Program-made: the position numbers and the translations under genes | Shown: piece after piece, positions 1-10,036 of the stretch | How the letters are laid out: each line of letters opens with the position of its first letter | How positions within the stretch are numbered: position 1 is the first letter of the stretch | The notes under the pieces: model-generated | Told to the model about the DNA's origin: nothing | The model's input: only the letters and a program-made list of their open reading frames with translations | The model's database searches: none | NCBI GenBank assembly: GCA_945877815.1 | Contig: CAMDWJ010000005.1 | Span: forward strand, 15,549 to 79,548 | Source of the DNA: Caenispirillum bisanense | GTDB lineage: Bacteria > Pseudomonadota > Alphaproteobacteria > Rhodospirillales > UBA2165 | Length of the DNA: 64,000 bases | Direction: 5' to 3'

Positions 1-795
1 ATCGAGCACGGTTGCGACCGGGCCGCGCGCTGTCGTAGGTGTCGCCGCCTGAACCTTGATCCGCCCGCCCGCATGCGCGAACCACGCACCCGGCACAGGT
101 GCGAAGGCGCGCACCTGGCGGTCGATCTCGGCGGCACTCTTGCCCCAATCGATCTGCGCCTCGTCGCGCGCGATCTTGGCGGCATAGGTAACGCCCTCGA
201 GCGGCTGCGGCACCGCGATCAACGAATCGTCCGCAACACCTTCGACCGCCTCCACGATCATCTCGGCGCCGAGTGCCGCAAGTAGGTCGTGCAAATCGCC
301 CGCATTCATGGTCGGCCCTATCTCGACTGAGCGCGTGATCAGTGCTGCGCCTGTATCCAAACCCTCATCCATCTGCATGATGGTGACGCCGGTCTCAGTA
401 TCGCCGGCCAGGATTGCGCGTTGGATGGGTGCAGCACCTCGCCAACGCGGCAGCAGGGAGGCATGGATATTGAGACAGCCCAATCGCGGAGCATCCAGAA
501 TCGCCTTTGGCAAGATCAGGCCATAGGCGACGACCACCGCGATATCGAGGGCGAGTGCCGCGAATTCCGCCTGCACCTCGGCGCTCTTCAACGACTTAGG
601 ATAGCGAACCGACAGTCCGCGCGCCTCAGCCGCCGCCTGGACGGCGGAGGGGCGTTCCTTGTGCCCGCGTCCCGCCGGACGCGGCGGCTGGCAATAGACG
701 GCGGCGATCTCATGACCGGCCGCGATCAACGCATCCAAGCTTGCGACGGAAAAATCGGGCGTGCCCATAAAGGCAACGCGCAGGCGGGTCGTCAT
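1..795 (-). CDS. fmt: methionyl-tRNA formyltransferase (3' end cut by window edge)
   Basis: Reverse translation from the ATG at 793-795 reads [44 protein letters not shown], a canonical Fmt N-terminus. It lies directly downstream of def. It is absent from the ORF track because it runs off the window. Confidence 0.9.
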   Translation of the reverse strand, partial: MTTRLRVAFMGTPDFSVASLDALIAAGHEIAAVYCQPPRPAGRGHKERPSAVQAAAEARGLSVRYPKSLKSAEVQAEFAALALDIAVVVAYGLILPKAILDAPRLGCLNIHASLLPRWRGAAPIQRAILAGDTETGVTIMQMDEGLDTGAALITRSVEIGPTMNAGDLHDLLAALGAEMIVEAVEGVADDSLIAVPQPLEGVTYAAKIARDEAQIDWGKSAAEIDRQVRAFAPVPGAWFAHAGGRIKVQAATPTTARGPVATVLD

Positions 796-810
796 CGGCG
801 AACCCTCTCC

Positions 811-1344
811 TTAGGCGTCGGCCATCGCCTTCGCGGACATCTGTTTCTTGGTCTTCTGGAGTTTGCGCAGGATGACGTTGCGCTTGAGCTTGGAGATGTG
901 ATCGACGAACAGAACGCCCTCCAAATGATCCATCTCGTGCTGCAAACAGACCGCAAGCAGACGATCGGCCTCGATCTCGCATTGCGTTCCGGTGCGGTCA
1001 AGATAGCGCACGCGCACGCGCGCGGGGCGTGTGACGGGTGCGTAATGATCGGGCAGCGACAGGCAGCCTTCCTCGTAATCGAAAAGCTCGTCGGACGACC
1101 AGACAATCTCGGGATTGACGAGCTGCATCGGCGTCGGATTGTCTGGATTCTTCGAGACATCGACAACGATGATACGCTTGAGTACACCCACCTGAGGTGC
1201 AGCGAGGCCAAGGCCGGGCGCGTCGTACATTGTACTCAGCATATCGTCCATCAGGCGGCGCACATTGTCGTCAACCGTCTCAACCGGTTCGCACGGCTGA
1301 TTCAGGCGCGGATCGGGCGCGATGATGATGGGCAGGATGGCCAT
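811..1344 (-). CDS. def: peptide deformylase
   Basis: MAILPIIIAPDPRL start. Carries the GLGLAAPQVG, EGCLS and HEMDHL metal-binding motifs. Start trimmed from the track ORF (1401) to the conserved MAILPI at 1344. Confidence 0.93.
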   Translation of the reverse strand: MAILPIIIAPDPRLNQPCEPVETVDDNVRRLMDDMLSTMYDAPGLGLAAPQVGVLKRIIVVDVSKNPDNPTPMQLVNPEIVWSSDELFDYEEGCLSLPDHYAPVTRPARVRVRYLDRTGTQCEIEADRLLAVCLQHEMDHLEGVLFVDHISKLKRNVILRKLQKTKKQMSAKAMADA

Positions 1345-1485
1345 GGCCGGACATTTCCTCGATTCGCTGTTGGAGATAGGCCACAGCCCCCCTGGGGTCA
1401 AGATTTACGGGGGATTATCAGGCTTTAACCGGTCAAATTGAACGATTTCGGCTGATGGGGCAGGATAGGGTCTGGAGGAACAGAT

Positions 1486-2883
1486 ATGGAACTTTTCTTG
1501 GGCGGCGTAGCGCTTGCGGCGGCGGCAGCGGCGATTTTTTTCGCGTTACGCTCGAAGGGCGTGGCCATCCGTCTCGACGAGCGCGAACGCGACGTAGCGG
1601 CGCAACAGGACGAAATCGACCGCATCACCTCCATTGCCAATGAACGCGCCGGGCTAGTGGTCAAGCTCGAAGCAGAAGAACGCCGCGCAAGCGAACTGCG
1701 GATGGAACGTGACGAAGCCAGACTATCGGAAAAAACATTGGCGGCCGAATTGGCGCAAATGCGCGCAGATTACGCCGAACTCCGCACTATCCTGAATGAA
1801 GAGCGCAAACAGACTGCCGAACGGTTGAGCGACCGCGAAAAAATGAAGCTCGAATTCCAGGCGCTGTCGCAGGAGATCATGAAGGGCCATTCCGCGACCT
1901 TCACCGAACACAACAAGGAGCAGATGAACGTCCTTCTAACGCCGCTGCGCACCCGGCTGGAGGAATTCCAGAAATCGCTCCACACCGCGCATACCGAAAG
2001 TAACCGCGAACGCATTACCCTGGCCGAGCAAATCAAGGGCTTGACCCAGACCAGCACCCAAATGATGACCGAGACCACTAATTTAACGCGCGCGCTGAAA
2101 GGCGAGACTCAGACGCAGGGTGCGTGGGGCGAGATGATCTTGGAAAGCATCCTCGAACGCTCCGGCTTGCGGGTCGGCGAGGAGTACGTCACGCAAACGA
2201 GCCACGCGGTCGAGGGCGGGCGCGTGCGCACCGACGTGATCGTCAACCTACCCAACGGCCAGCGCGTGGTGATCGATTCCAAGGTCTCTCTCACCGCATT
2301 CGAGAATTACTGCAACGCAGCGGAAGAGATGGAGCGCACGGCGCACCTAAAGGCTCATCTGACAAGCCTGCGCGCGCATATCAGGATCCTGGGCGGTAAG
2401 GATTATCACACCGCCGCCGGATCGAACCTCGATTACGTCATCATGTTCGTGCCGATCGAAGGCGCGCTCGCCGCCGCGTGCCAGCAAGATCCGGCGTTGA
2501 CCGGTTATGCCATCGAAAGCAATGTGCAGATCGCGACACCGACGACCTTGATGATCGCCCTGCGCACGATCAGCAATCTGTGGCAGGTCGAACGCCGCAA
2601 TCGCAATGCCGATGAGATCGCCAAGCGCGCGGGCCTTCTCTACGACAAGTTCGTCGGCTTCGCCGCCAACCTAGAAAAAGTCGGCACACATCTGGATCGC
2701 GCCAAAGACAGCTACACAGAAAGCGTAAAGCAGCTGAGCGCCGGCCCCGGCAACATCGTGCGTCAGGTCGAACAGCTGAAAGATATGGGGGCCAAGACCA
2801 ACAAAACGATTCCCGCCTCACTTATCAGCGAGGCCGATGACGAATTTCCGCTGCTTCAGGACGCGAACCGCGCCGCCGAGTAA
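1486..2883 (+). CDS. rmuC: DNA recombination protein RmuC
   Basis: 465 aa. N-terminal TM helix, long coiled-coil region, and a C-terminal RmuC nuclease-like domain (DVIVNLPNGQRVVIDSKVSL, MFVPIEGA). Confidence 0.85.
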   Translation: MELFLGGVALAAAAAAIFFALRSKGVAIRLDERERDVAAQQDEIDRITSIANERAGLVVKLEAEERRASELRMERDEARLSEKTLAAELAQMRADYAELRTILNEERKQTAERLSDREKMKLEFQALSQEIMKGHSATFTEHNKEQMNVLLTPLRTRLEEFQKSLHTAHTESNRERITLAEQIKGLTQTSTQMMTETTNLTRALKGETQTQGAWGEMILESILERSGLRVGEEYVTQTSHAVEGGRVRTDVIVNLPNGQRVVIDSKVSLTAFENYCNAAEEMERTAHLKAHLTSLRAHIRILGGKDYHTAAGSNLDYVIMFVPIEGALAAACQQDPALTGYAIESNVQIATPTTLMIALRTISNLWQVERRNRNADEIAKRAGLLYDKFVGFAANLEKVGTHLDRAKDSYTESVKQLSAGPGNIVRQVEQLKDMGAKTNKTIPASLISEADDEFPLLQDANRAAE

Positions 2884-2886
2884 ACG

Positions 2887-3132
2887 CTAACGTCCCTTCG
2901 CCTTGCCGATCAGGAAGAAAATCAGCCAGATCGGCACGACCAGAACCGCGCCGATCAGGATCGGCCCAAGCGCCCATTCGAAGAAATCGCCGAAGAACCC
3001 AATAATGTCGCGAAAGGAACTTGCCACCCAACGCAGGAACCCGACCGCGTCGAGATCCATAAATTTCAGGATAATTCCGACAATCAGCGAGGCGATGAGG
3101 AGCTTTACGATAGTGCCGACGACGTTGGGCAT
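2887..3132 (-). CDS. small integral membrane protein (hypothetical)
   Basis: 81-aa ORF from MPNVVGTIVKLLIASLIVGII with 2-3 hydrophobic helices. Start chosen at the internal ATG (3132) after an SD-like region. No family recognised. Confidence 0.5.
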   Translation of the reverse strand: MPNVVGTIVKLLIASLIVGIILKFMDLDAVGFLRWVASSFRDIIGFFGDFFEWALGPILIGAVLVVPIWLIFFLIGKAKGR

Positions 3133-3215
3133 GATGATTTGACCTAACCTTGGACTTTCGCCCGCACTCGGGCGTTCTAAATATAACGGATCATTCTTGC
3201 GGAGACACGCCACCG

Positions 3216-3443
3216 ATGATGTACATTCTCGCGATCGTTCTGCCACCGCTGGCCCTACTCATCCAAGGGCGCGTCATTCAGGCGGTGCTTAACCTCATTC
3301 TATTCGTCCTCTCGATCGTCTTCGCGATCTTCTCCTTCGGAACATTGTGGATGATCTGCGTCGCCTGGGCGATCTACGTCGTCTACCGCGATCGGTCGGA
3401 CAACCGCATACGCCGCATCGCCGAGGAAACCCTGCCGCGCTGA
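3216..3443 (+). CDS. YqaE/Pmp3-like small membrane proteolipid
   Basis: MMYILAIVLPPLALLIQGR resembles the ILPPLGV motif of the UPF0057/YqaE family. Two TM helices. Start set at the MMY codon. Confidence 0.6.
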   Translation: MMYILAIVLPPLALLIQGRVIQAVLNLILFVLSIVFAIFSFGTLWMICVAWAIYVVYRDRSDNRIRRIAEETLPR

Positions 3444-3447
3444 CCCG

Positions 3448-4041
3448 CTAAACCGTTCTGCGGTCCTTGAGCGCTGAGGCCAGTGTGCCGTCATCGAGAT
3501 AATCGAGCTCGCCGCCGACCGGGATGCCGCGCGCCAAGGCCGTGATCTCGACCTCAGCACCCATCAGACGGTCGGCGATGTAATGCGCCGTCGTTCGCCC
3601 GTCGACAGTGGCGCTGGTCGCCAGCACTACCTCAAGCACCGTGCCCGACCGCACACGCTCCACCAGATCGGAGATCGCGAGATCGTCCGGCCCAACGCCA
3701 TCCAAGGGCGACAGCACCCCGCCTAAGACGTGATAGCGGCCTTTGAAGGAATTGGTGCGCTCAATCGCCCATAGATCGGCGACCTGTTCGACGACGCAGA
3801 TTGTGCCAGCATCGCGCTGCGGATTCGCGCAGACCGCACACGGGTCGGTCGTATCGAGATTATGACAGAGCCCGCAGGTGCGCACATTCTGCGCCGCGCG
3901 CGCCATAGCGTCGGCGAGCGGTGCCAGAATCGCTTCCTTGCGGGTCAGCAGGAAAAGTGCCGCGCGCCTCGCCGAACGCGGCCCGAGCCCCGGCAATTTG
4001 GCCAGCATTTGCACCAGCCGATCGATGTCGGTGACGGCCAT
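3448..4041 (-). CDS. recR: recombination protein RecR
   Basis: LPGLGPRSARRAALFLL helix-hairpin-helix, a C4 zinc finger (CGLCHNL...CAVC) and a Toprim region. Conserved dnaX-ybaB-recR order. Confidence 0.95.
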   Translation of the reverse strand: MAVTDIDRLVQMLAKLPGLGPRSARRAALFLLTRKEAILAPLADAMARAAQNVRTCGLCHNLDTTDPCAVCANPQRDAGTICVVEQVADLWAIERTNSFKGRYHVLGGVLSPLDGVGPDDLAISDLVERVRSGTVLEVVLATSATVDGRTTAHYIADRLMGAEVEITALARGIPVGGELDYLDDGTLASALKDRRTV

Positions 4042-4050
4042 ACGTGCGAA

Positions 4051-4374
4051 TCAGAACGGCAGCTTGAAACCGGGCGGCAGGGGCAATCCGCCGGTCAGTT
4101 CGGACATCTGCTCGGCGGTATGGGTTTCGATCTTGCCGCGCGCATCGTTGATCGCGGCGGCGATCAAGTCTTCCAGAACGCCGACCTCGCCGGCTGAGAA
4201 GAATCGCGGATCGATCTTGACCCGTTTGGCCTCGTGCTTGCCGCTCAAGGTCACCTCGACCATTCCGCCGCCGGACGAGCCGGTAATTTCCAGCTCCGAC
4301 AGACGGGTTTGCATCTGGGTCAGGCGTTCTTGCATCTCCTGCGCCTGGCGCATCATCTGGCCGAGGTTTTTCAT
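4051..4374 (-). CDS. ybaB: nucleoid-associated protein YbaB/EbfC
   Basis: MKNLGQMMRQAQEMQERL...GGGMVEVTLSG is typical of the YbaB family. Located between dnaX and recR. Start trimmed to MKNLG. Confidence 0.92.
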   Translation of the reverse strand: MKNLGQMMRQAQEMQERLTQMQTRLSELEITGSSGGGMVEVTLSGKHEAKRVKIDPRFFSAGEVGVLEDLIAAAINDARGKIETHTAEQMSELTGGLPLPPGFKLPF

Positions 4375-4399
4375 GCCGGACCCTTTGTGGCGCGCGGTT

Positions 4400-6208
4400 T
4401 CATAAATCGAGATCTCCTTCGGGATCGACATCACCATAATCGTCGTCGCTGTACTCGGCGTTGGGTGACGTCGACGGCACATCCATGGTCACAGCGGCCG
4501 GCAAGAGCGCCGCGCCGATCGCGCGCACCTGTTCCAGCTCGGCGCCCGGAAAGGCATCGAGGATGGAGCGCATCAAGGGATGGCGCGTCACTTCCTCGCG
4601 TTTGTCGCGCGCGGCCGCATCTTGCTGTTCGCCCAGCGTTTCGGCGCCGCCGCTTTGCACGACCGTCACCATCCAACGGGCACCCGTGACGGTGCCGAGG
4701 AAACGGCTGATCCGATTGGGTAGATCGCGGACCGCGCCGGCACTCAATCTGATTTCGAGTTGCCCCGGCTGGAAGGACACAAGATGCACATTGCGCATCA
4801 TCTCGGCGCGCAGCATGCGTTCACCCTGCGTCTCGGCCAAGGCAATGATATCAGCAAAGCTACGTGGGCCCACTTGTTCCTCGGGCCGCGGCTGGACCTC
4901 GGTACGCGCGACGGCCTGGGTGTTACCTTGCGGCATCGAGGCCCGCGGCGAGCGCTGCGGCGATGGGCCCGACGGCGCGGGCGCCACTCCTCCGCCTTGC
5001 GGTGCCGAGGCCGGCGCGGTCGTCAGGGCTTTGGCCGCATCGGCCGGGGTCGGCAGATCGCTCATGAAGGCTAGCCGGATCAGGATCATTTCGGCGGCCT
5101 GTAACGGCGCGGGTGCGGTGGCCGCTTCGCGCACGCCCTTCAGCAGCATCTGCCAGGCGCGCGTCAATTCGCCCATGGATAAAGTTTCGGCCAGCGCCTT
5201 GCCGCGCACCCGATCGAGTTCGGCCACCATGGGATCGTCGGCCGCACCGGGCGCCACTTTCAACCGCGTCACCCAATGGGTTACGTCGAGCACATCCTGG
5301 AGCAAGATGATGGGATCGGCGCCGGCGGCGTAATCGGCGGCCAGAGTCGCGATCGCGCCCGGCGCGTCGCCCGCCATCACGCGCTCGAAGATATCGAAGG
5401 AGCGCGCGCGATCGGCGAGCCCCAGCATGGCACGCACTGATTCTTCAGTGAGCGCGCCCTGATCACCCGTGCCGACCGCGATCGCCTGATCGAGCAGGCT
5501 CATCCCGTCGCGCACCGAACCGTCGGCGGAGCGCGCGATCAGGCGGATGGCACCCTCCTCGACCTTGGCGCCCTCGCGGGCGGCAACAGTGGTGAAATAA
5601 GCGGCGAGCGTTTCCACATCGACGCGGCGCAGATCGAAGCGCTGACAGCGTGACAGTACCGTCACGGGAACTTTCCGGATTTCCGTGGTGGCGAAGATAA
5701 ATTTCACGTGCGCCGGCGGTTCTTCGAGCGTTTTGAGCAGCGCGTTGAAGGCACCCTTCGACAGCATATGCACTTCGTCAATGATATAGACCTTGTAGCG
5801 CGCCGCGACCGGGCGATAGCGCACCCCGTCGATCAGCTCGCGCATATTGTCGACGCCGGTATTGCTGGCCGCGTCCATCTCGATCACGTCGACCATGCGG
5901 TCGTCGGCGATCGAGCGGCACATGTCGCACACGCCACACGGATTGATCGTTGGCCCGCCGGTCCCGTCGGGGCCGATGCAATTGAGAGCGCGGGCGATGA
6001 TGCGCGCCGTGGTCGTCTTGCCGACGCCGCGCACGCCGGTCAGGACGAAGGCATGCGCCAGCCGGCCCGATTCGAAGGCATTGGTGAGCGTGCGCACCAT
6101 CGCGTCCTGCCCGATCAACGCGTCGAAATTCGACGGCCGATAGGTACGCGCAAGAACGCGGTAGCCGGCCTTGGAGTCTTTACCTGTCAGTTCGGCTGAT
6201 TCACTCAT
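4400..6208 (-). CDS. dnaX: DNA polymerase III subunits gamma/tau
   Basis: Walker A GVRGVGKTTTARI, zinc module CGVCDMC, SRC motif (LSRCQRF), and a long Pro/Ala-rich linker. Start at MSESAEL. Confidence 0.95.
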   Translation of the reverse strand: MSESAELTGKDSKAGYRVLARTYRPSNFDALIGQDAMVRTLTNAFESGRLAHAFVLTGVRGVGKTTTARIIARALNCIGPDGTGGPTINPCGVCDMCRSIADDRMVDVIEMDAASNTGVDNMRELIDGVRYRPVAARYKVYIIDEVHMLSKGAFNALLKTLEEPPAHVKFIFATTEIRKVPVTVLSRCQRFDLRRVDVETLAAYFTTVAAREGAKVEEGAIRLIARSADGSVRDGMSLLDQAIAVGTGDQGALTEESVRAMLGLADRARSFDIFERVMAGDAPGAIATLAADYAAGADPIILLQDVLDVTHWVTRLKVAPGAADDPMVAELDRVRGKALAETLSMGELTRAWQMLLKGVREAATAPAPLQAAEMILIRLAFMSDLPTPADAAKALTTAPASAPQGGGVAPAPSGPSPQRSPRASMPQGNTQAVARTEVQPRPEEQVGPRSFADIIALAETQGERMLRAEMMRNVHLVSFQPGQLEIRLSAGAVRDLPNRISRFLGTVTGARWMVTVVQSGGAETLGEQQDAAARDKREEVTRHPLMRSILDAFPGAELEQVRAIGAALLPAAVTMDVPSTSPNAEYSDDDYGDVDPEGDLDL

Positions 6209-6240
6209 GGCGCGCCATGGTGGCAAATGGACGGAAAATC

Positions 6241-6345
6241 GGGTGGGAGACCGGACAATCGACCCGGCCGAAACTCGTTACGGCTGCTTCCTTCCGGACC
6301 TGACCGGGTTAGCGAGCAAGCCGTCCGCTCGCCGGCCTCCCAACC
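6241..6345 (-). ncRNA. ffs: signal recognition particle RNA (4.5S, small bacterial type)
   Basis: The minus strand contains the invariant domain IV core GGTCAGGTCCGGAAGGAAGCAGCC. The ends GGTTGGGAGGCCGG and CCGGTCTCCCACCC pair as a closing helix. Typical position upstream of dnaX. Ends are approximate. Confidence 0.8.
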
Positions 6346-6414
6346 AAACTATATCAGGTCGCGGGACGGGATTTGCAAGCGATTAAGCCTCCGCCAAAGC
6401 CGGTCATTTAAAGC

Positions 6415-6996
6415 CTACTGCTCGACAACGAAGGAACCAACCATTCCCTCGCGCGCCCCGCGGCTGAAGGGGGATTGGTAAAAGCCGGTGAAGAACAAAC
6501 CGGGCCACAGGCTTGGGCCTTCGCCGCCCTCGAAATCGTAATAGCCGTCGCGCACCGGAACGAAATGCACCTCTTTGATCTCACCGGGCTTGAGGCTGAG
6601 CGCGATCAGATTGACGCCGGTGATGTCTTCTTTCTCGGTCACGATCTTGCGGATGGCGGTCGTCCTGAAGAATTCGGGAGCGGCGAACAGATGATGCACG
6701 TCGTCGCGATTCTCGACCACCATGATATAGGGTTCGCCCTGAAAGAGATGAACGATCATCGGGCGGAATTCATTCTGGCGGATAGCGATTTCGAAGACCA
6801 GCGCCTGCGACCAATCGACCGCCTCGACGATTTCCTGCGGCTTGAGAACGGTGCCGTAAGAATTGACGAATTCGAACACGTCGCTGCGGCCGGTCACGTT
6901 GCTGGCACAGCCGGCAAGGACCGTGACGGACGCGATCGTCAGTACCGCCGCGAGCGGGCGCAGGAAACGCGATAGTCGGGGCACAATCTGGTCCAT
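6415..6996 (-). CDS. putative lipoprotein (hypothetical)
   Basis: Signal peptide ending in the lipobox LAGC (AVLTIASVTVLAGCAS). 193 aa. No family recognised. Confidence 0.6.
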   Translation of the reverse strand: MDQIVPRLSRFLRPLAAVLTIASVTVLAGCASNVTGRSDVFEFVNSYGTVLKPQEIVEAVDWSQALVFEIAIRQNEFRPMIVHLFQGEPYIMVVENRDDVHHLFAAPEFFRTTAIRKIVTEKEDITGVNLIALSLKPGEIKEVHFVPVRDGYYDFEGGEGPSLWPGLFFTGFYQSPFSRGAREGMVGSFVVEQ

Positions 6997-7148
6997 TTGC
7001 TCTCAGCGCTGCTGATGAGCCGAATGATTCGCATATAGGGGCGATTCGGACGCTTAATCAATGGTTTCGCAGGCACCCTGTGGATATCAAACACGGCTGC
7101 GGAATCCCATGAGTTGCAGCGCCTACGCCTGGATGATTTAACGGGTAC

Positions 7149-8066
7149 ATGAGTTTCAGATTCTATTTCGACGGCATTGAGATCGACCGCGCCCCCCACC
7201 TGCGCCACGAACCCGACTGGGCGGGCGGCAGCCCGCGCGATTCGCTGGCGCGCATCGTTCCGATCTGGCGCGACCAGTCGTTGGTGCATGGTGGCGATGC
7301 CCCCCGCGCCGCCTTCCTCGAAGCCGACGAGGCGCGCGCCATATGCGAGCTCGGATCGACCATCGTGTTTTTGGGTCTCGATAACGGCCATGCCTATTAC
7401 GCGGTCGATCTGTCGGATCACGAAGACCCGACCCAATTGGCATTGCCCGACGGCGCGGTCTTCGAGGATCTCCGCCGGCTCGCCTCCAATCTCGACCAGG
7501 TCGATGCCGGCAAGCTCGCCTACGGGCGTGCCCTCGCCCACTGGCATCGCAACCACCGGTTTTGCGGCGCCTGCGGCGCGCCGACCACCTCGAACAAAGG
7601 CGGCCACGAACGGGTGTGCGGCAACGAAGCCTGCGGGCGCCATCATTTCCCGCGCACCGATCCCGCCGTCATCATGCTGGTCACCCACCCCACCGAGGAC
7701 AAATGCCTGTTGGGGCGCAACAAGCGCTTCCAGGGCCTGCGCTTTTCGACCCTGGCTGGCTTCGTCGAGCCGGGCGAAACGCTCGAACAGGCGGTCAGCC
7801 GCGAGGTGAAGGAGGAATCCGGCATCTATACGGCCGACGTGACCTATCAGGCCTCGCAGCCCTGGCCGTTCCCGGCCTCGATCATGCTGGGGTTCCGCGC
7901 GCGCGCGATCACAACCGAGATCAATTGCGAGGATCAGGAATTGATCGAGGCCAAATGGTGCACGCGCGACGAAGTGCGCGCCATGTCGACCGACAGCGGT
8001 ATCCTGCCGCCGTCCAATTATTCGATTTCGCGCTGGCTGATCGATACCTGGTTAAATGAGGGCTGA
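7149..8066 (+). CDS. nudC: NAD(+) diphosphatase (NADH pyrophosphatase), Nudix family
   Basis: Zinc ribbon CGACGAPT...CGNEACG followed by the Nudix box GFVEPGETLEQAVSREVKEESGI. Confidence 0.9.
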   Translation: MSFRFYFDGIEIDRAPHLRHEPDWAGGSPRDSLARIVPIWRDQSLVHGGDAPRAAFLEADEARAICELGSTIVFLGLDNGHAYYAVDLSDHEDPTQLALPDGAVFEDLRRLASNLDQVDAGKLAYGRALAHWHRNHRFCGACGAPTTSNKGGHERVCGNEACGRHHFPRTDPAVIMLVTHPTEDKCLLGRNKRFQGLRFSTLAGFVEPGETLEQAVSREVKEESGIYTADVTYQASQPWPFPASIMLGFRARAITTEINCEDQELIEAKWCTRDEVRAMSTDSGILPPSNYSISRWLIDTWLNEG

Positions 8067-8076
8067 GGGCCGCGCC

Positions 8077-8493
8077 TTACACCCCGAACAGGCCGATCAC
8101 CAATCCTTGGATCAGCATGACGCCAAGCCAATGGCCGCCGTCGATGACGGTCAGGATGCGTTTGGAACCCTGATAGCCGTGATTGACCGCCATGGTCGTG
8201 ACCACAAAACCGGCCCACAGGATGAGCGCGGTTATGACGCCGTTGCGTGTGCTCACCTGGCCCGGTCCGAGATGGCCGAGTGCGCCGGCCAACACCCAGG
8301 CCATGACGAGTTCGCACACGGCCGCAACGATGAACGGCGTCTTCGACGGGTTCGCCCGGAGTTCCTCGACGCTCTTGCCGATCGCCGCCAGCCACGGCTT
8401 GGACAGCGACATGTAATAGATCGCGCCGAACCCGAAACTCGCCAGTGCCGCGATGACGACCGCGAGATAATTGATCCCGGCGAACACCATCAC
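8077..8493 (-). CDS. DUF1761-family membrane protein
   Basis: 138 aa with four hydrophobic helices. N-terminus INYLAVVIAALASFGFGAIYY is typical of DUF1761. Confidence 0.65.
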   Translation of the reverse strand: MMVFAGINYLAVVIAALASFGFGAIYYMSLSKPWLAAIGKSVEELRANPSKTPFIVAAVCELVMAWVLAGALGHLGPGQVSTRNGVITALILWAGFVVTTMAVNHGYQGSKRILTVIDGGHWLGVMLIQGLVIGLFGV

Positions 8494-9350
8494 TCAGCCA
8501 CGCTCTGCAATTTACGGAACGGATGCGCGGGATAGACGCCCAGAATGCGGACCTCGCGCGAGAAGAAATCAAGCTCTTCGAAGGCAAGGCGCACATTGGT
8601 GTGCTGCGGATGGCCGTCCACCTCGGCATAAAATTGCGCGGCTACAAACCCGCCACCGACGAGATAGCTTTCGAGCTTGGTCATATTGACGCCATTGGTG
8701 GAAAAGCCGCCGAGCGCCTTATAAAGCGCCGCCGGCACGTTGCGCACGCGGAACACGAAACTGGTCACGACGTCGCCGGAATTCGGGCCCGCATCCTTTG
8801 CGTCGCGCGCCATGATCAAGAAGCGCGTCGTATTGTGCTCGGCGTCTTCCATGTTGGTGCGCAAGCAATCGAGACCGTAAATCTCGCCCGCCAGTTCCGA
8901 GGCGATGGCGGCGTGCGCCGCCTCCCCGCGTGCGGCGATTTCGCGCGCGGCCGCCGCCGTATCGACATGAACCATCGGCGTCAGGCCGAGTTTCTGGATC
9001 GTCGCCCGGCACTGGTTGAGTGCGTGGACATGGCTGTGGACATATTTGAGATCGGCCAGGGAGGAGCCCTTGACCGCGAGAAGCTGGTGTTCGACCCGCT
9101 GGAAATGCTCGCCGATGATGTGCATGCCCGATTCTGGCAGCAGATGGTGGATGTCGGCCACCCGCCCGGCGACCGAATTGTCGATCGGGATCATCGCGTA
9201 TCGGGCCTGACCGTCGCGCACGGCGGCGAAGGTATCTTCAAAGGTCGTGCAGGGCAGCGGCGTCAGATCGGGGAACACGCGACGGCAGGCGAGATCGGAA
9301 TTCGCGCCGATATCGCCCTGAAACGCTATGCTTTTCGTGGGGTCCGTCAT
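8490..9350 (-). CDS. pheA: prephenate dehydratase
   Basis: IAFQGDIGANSD start of the PDT domain, the TRF motif (NTTRFLIMAR) and a C-terminal ACT domain. Start set at MTDPTKS (9350). Upstream in-frame starts exist at 9401 and 9443. Confidence 0.88.
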   Translation of the reverse strand: MTDPTKSIAFQGDIGANSDLACRRVFPDLTPLPCTTFEDTFAAVRDGQARYAMIPIDNSVAGRVADIHHLLPESGMHIIGEHFQRVEHQLLAVKGSSLADLKYVHSHVHALNQCRATIQKLGLTPMVHVDTAAAAREIAARGEAAHAAIASELAGEIYGLDCLRTNMEDAEHNTTRFLIMARDAKDAGPNSGDVVTSFVFRVRNVPAALYKALGGFSTNGVNMTKLESYLVGGGFVAAQFYAEVDGHPQHTNVRLAFEELDFFSREVRILGVYPAHPFRKLQSVAE

Positions 9351-9478
9351 GGCCCGAACTGTCCCGGATCCGGATTGAAAGTCGCGCTCTTTTAGACCCA
9401 TAGCCCCTATCTGTACAGGACAGGCGGCATCCTCTATACACACGGCGATACGCGAACCGTCTCCGAGGAATCCGGCCG

Positions 9479-10012
9479 ATGTGGGGTAAAGGTACCAATA
9501 ATATCCTGGGCGCCATTCTGGTGTCTTTGTGGTTGCTGTGGGGCGTCAATACATTGGGCGATCTGCTGATTCCCAAGGTCGAGGCGGCGAAATCCGAGGG
9601 AACCGAGATGGCGGCCGCCACGGCCGGCCCGAAGGGCGCGCCTGAAGAAGTCGAGCCTTTGCAGATCCGCCTCGTCTCGGCCGACGTCGAAAAGGGCAAG
9701 ACGGTCGCCAAGAAATGCGTCTCGTGCCACACCTTCGACAAAGGCCAAGCCAACAAGGTCGGCCCCAATCTGTTCGACGTCTATGGCGGACCGCATGCCC
9801 ATGTGCAGGGTTTTGCCTATTCCGAGGCGATGAAGAAAAAGGCCGGCCCCTGGTCCGCCGAGGATCTGGATGCCTTCCTGACCAAGCCTGCGACTTATGC
9901 TCCGGGCACCAAGATGGCCTTCGCCGGCCTGTCCAGCGGCAAGGAACGCGCCGCGGTCATCAAATATTTGCAGAGCCTGTCGGACGCTCCGAAGCCACTC
10001 CCGCAGCCGTAA
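9479..10012 (+). CDS. membrane-anchored class I cytochrome c
   Basis: N-terminal TM anchor (ILGAILVSLWLLWGV), heme motif CVSCH, and the distal Met region GTKMAFAGL. Confidence 0.88.
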   Translation: MWGKGTNNILGAILVSLWLLWGVNTLGDLLIPKVEAAKSEGTEMAAATAGPKGAPEEVEPLQIRLVSADVEKGKTVAKKCVSCHTFDKGQANKVGPNLFDVYGGPHAHVQGFAYSEAMKKKAGPWSAEDLDAFLTKPATYAPGTKMAFAGLSSGKERAAVIKYLQSLSDAPKPLPQP

Positions 10013-10036
10013 CAGCTGCGGCGTGAGCGATCCCGC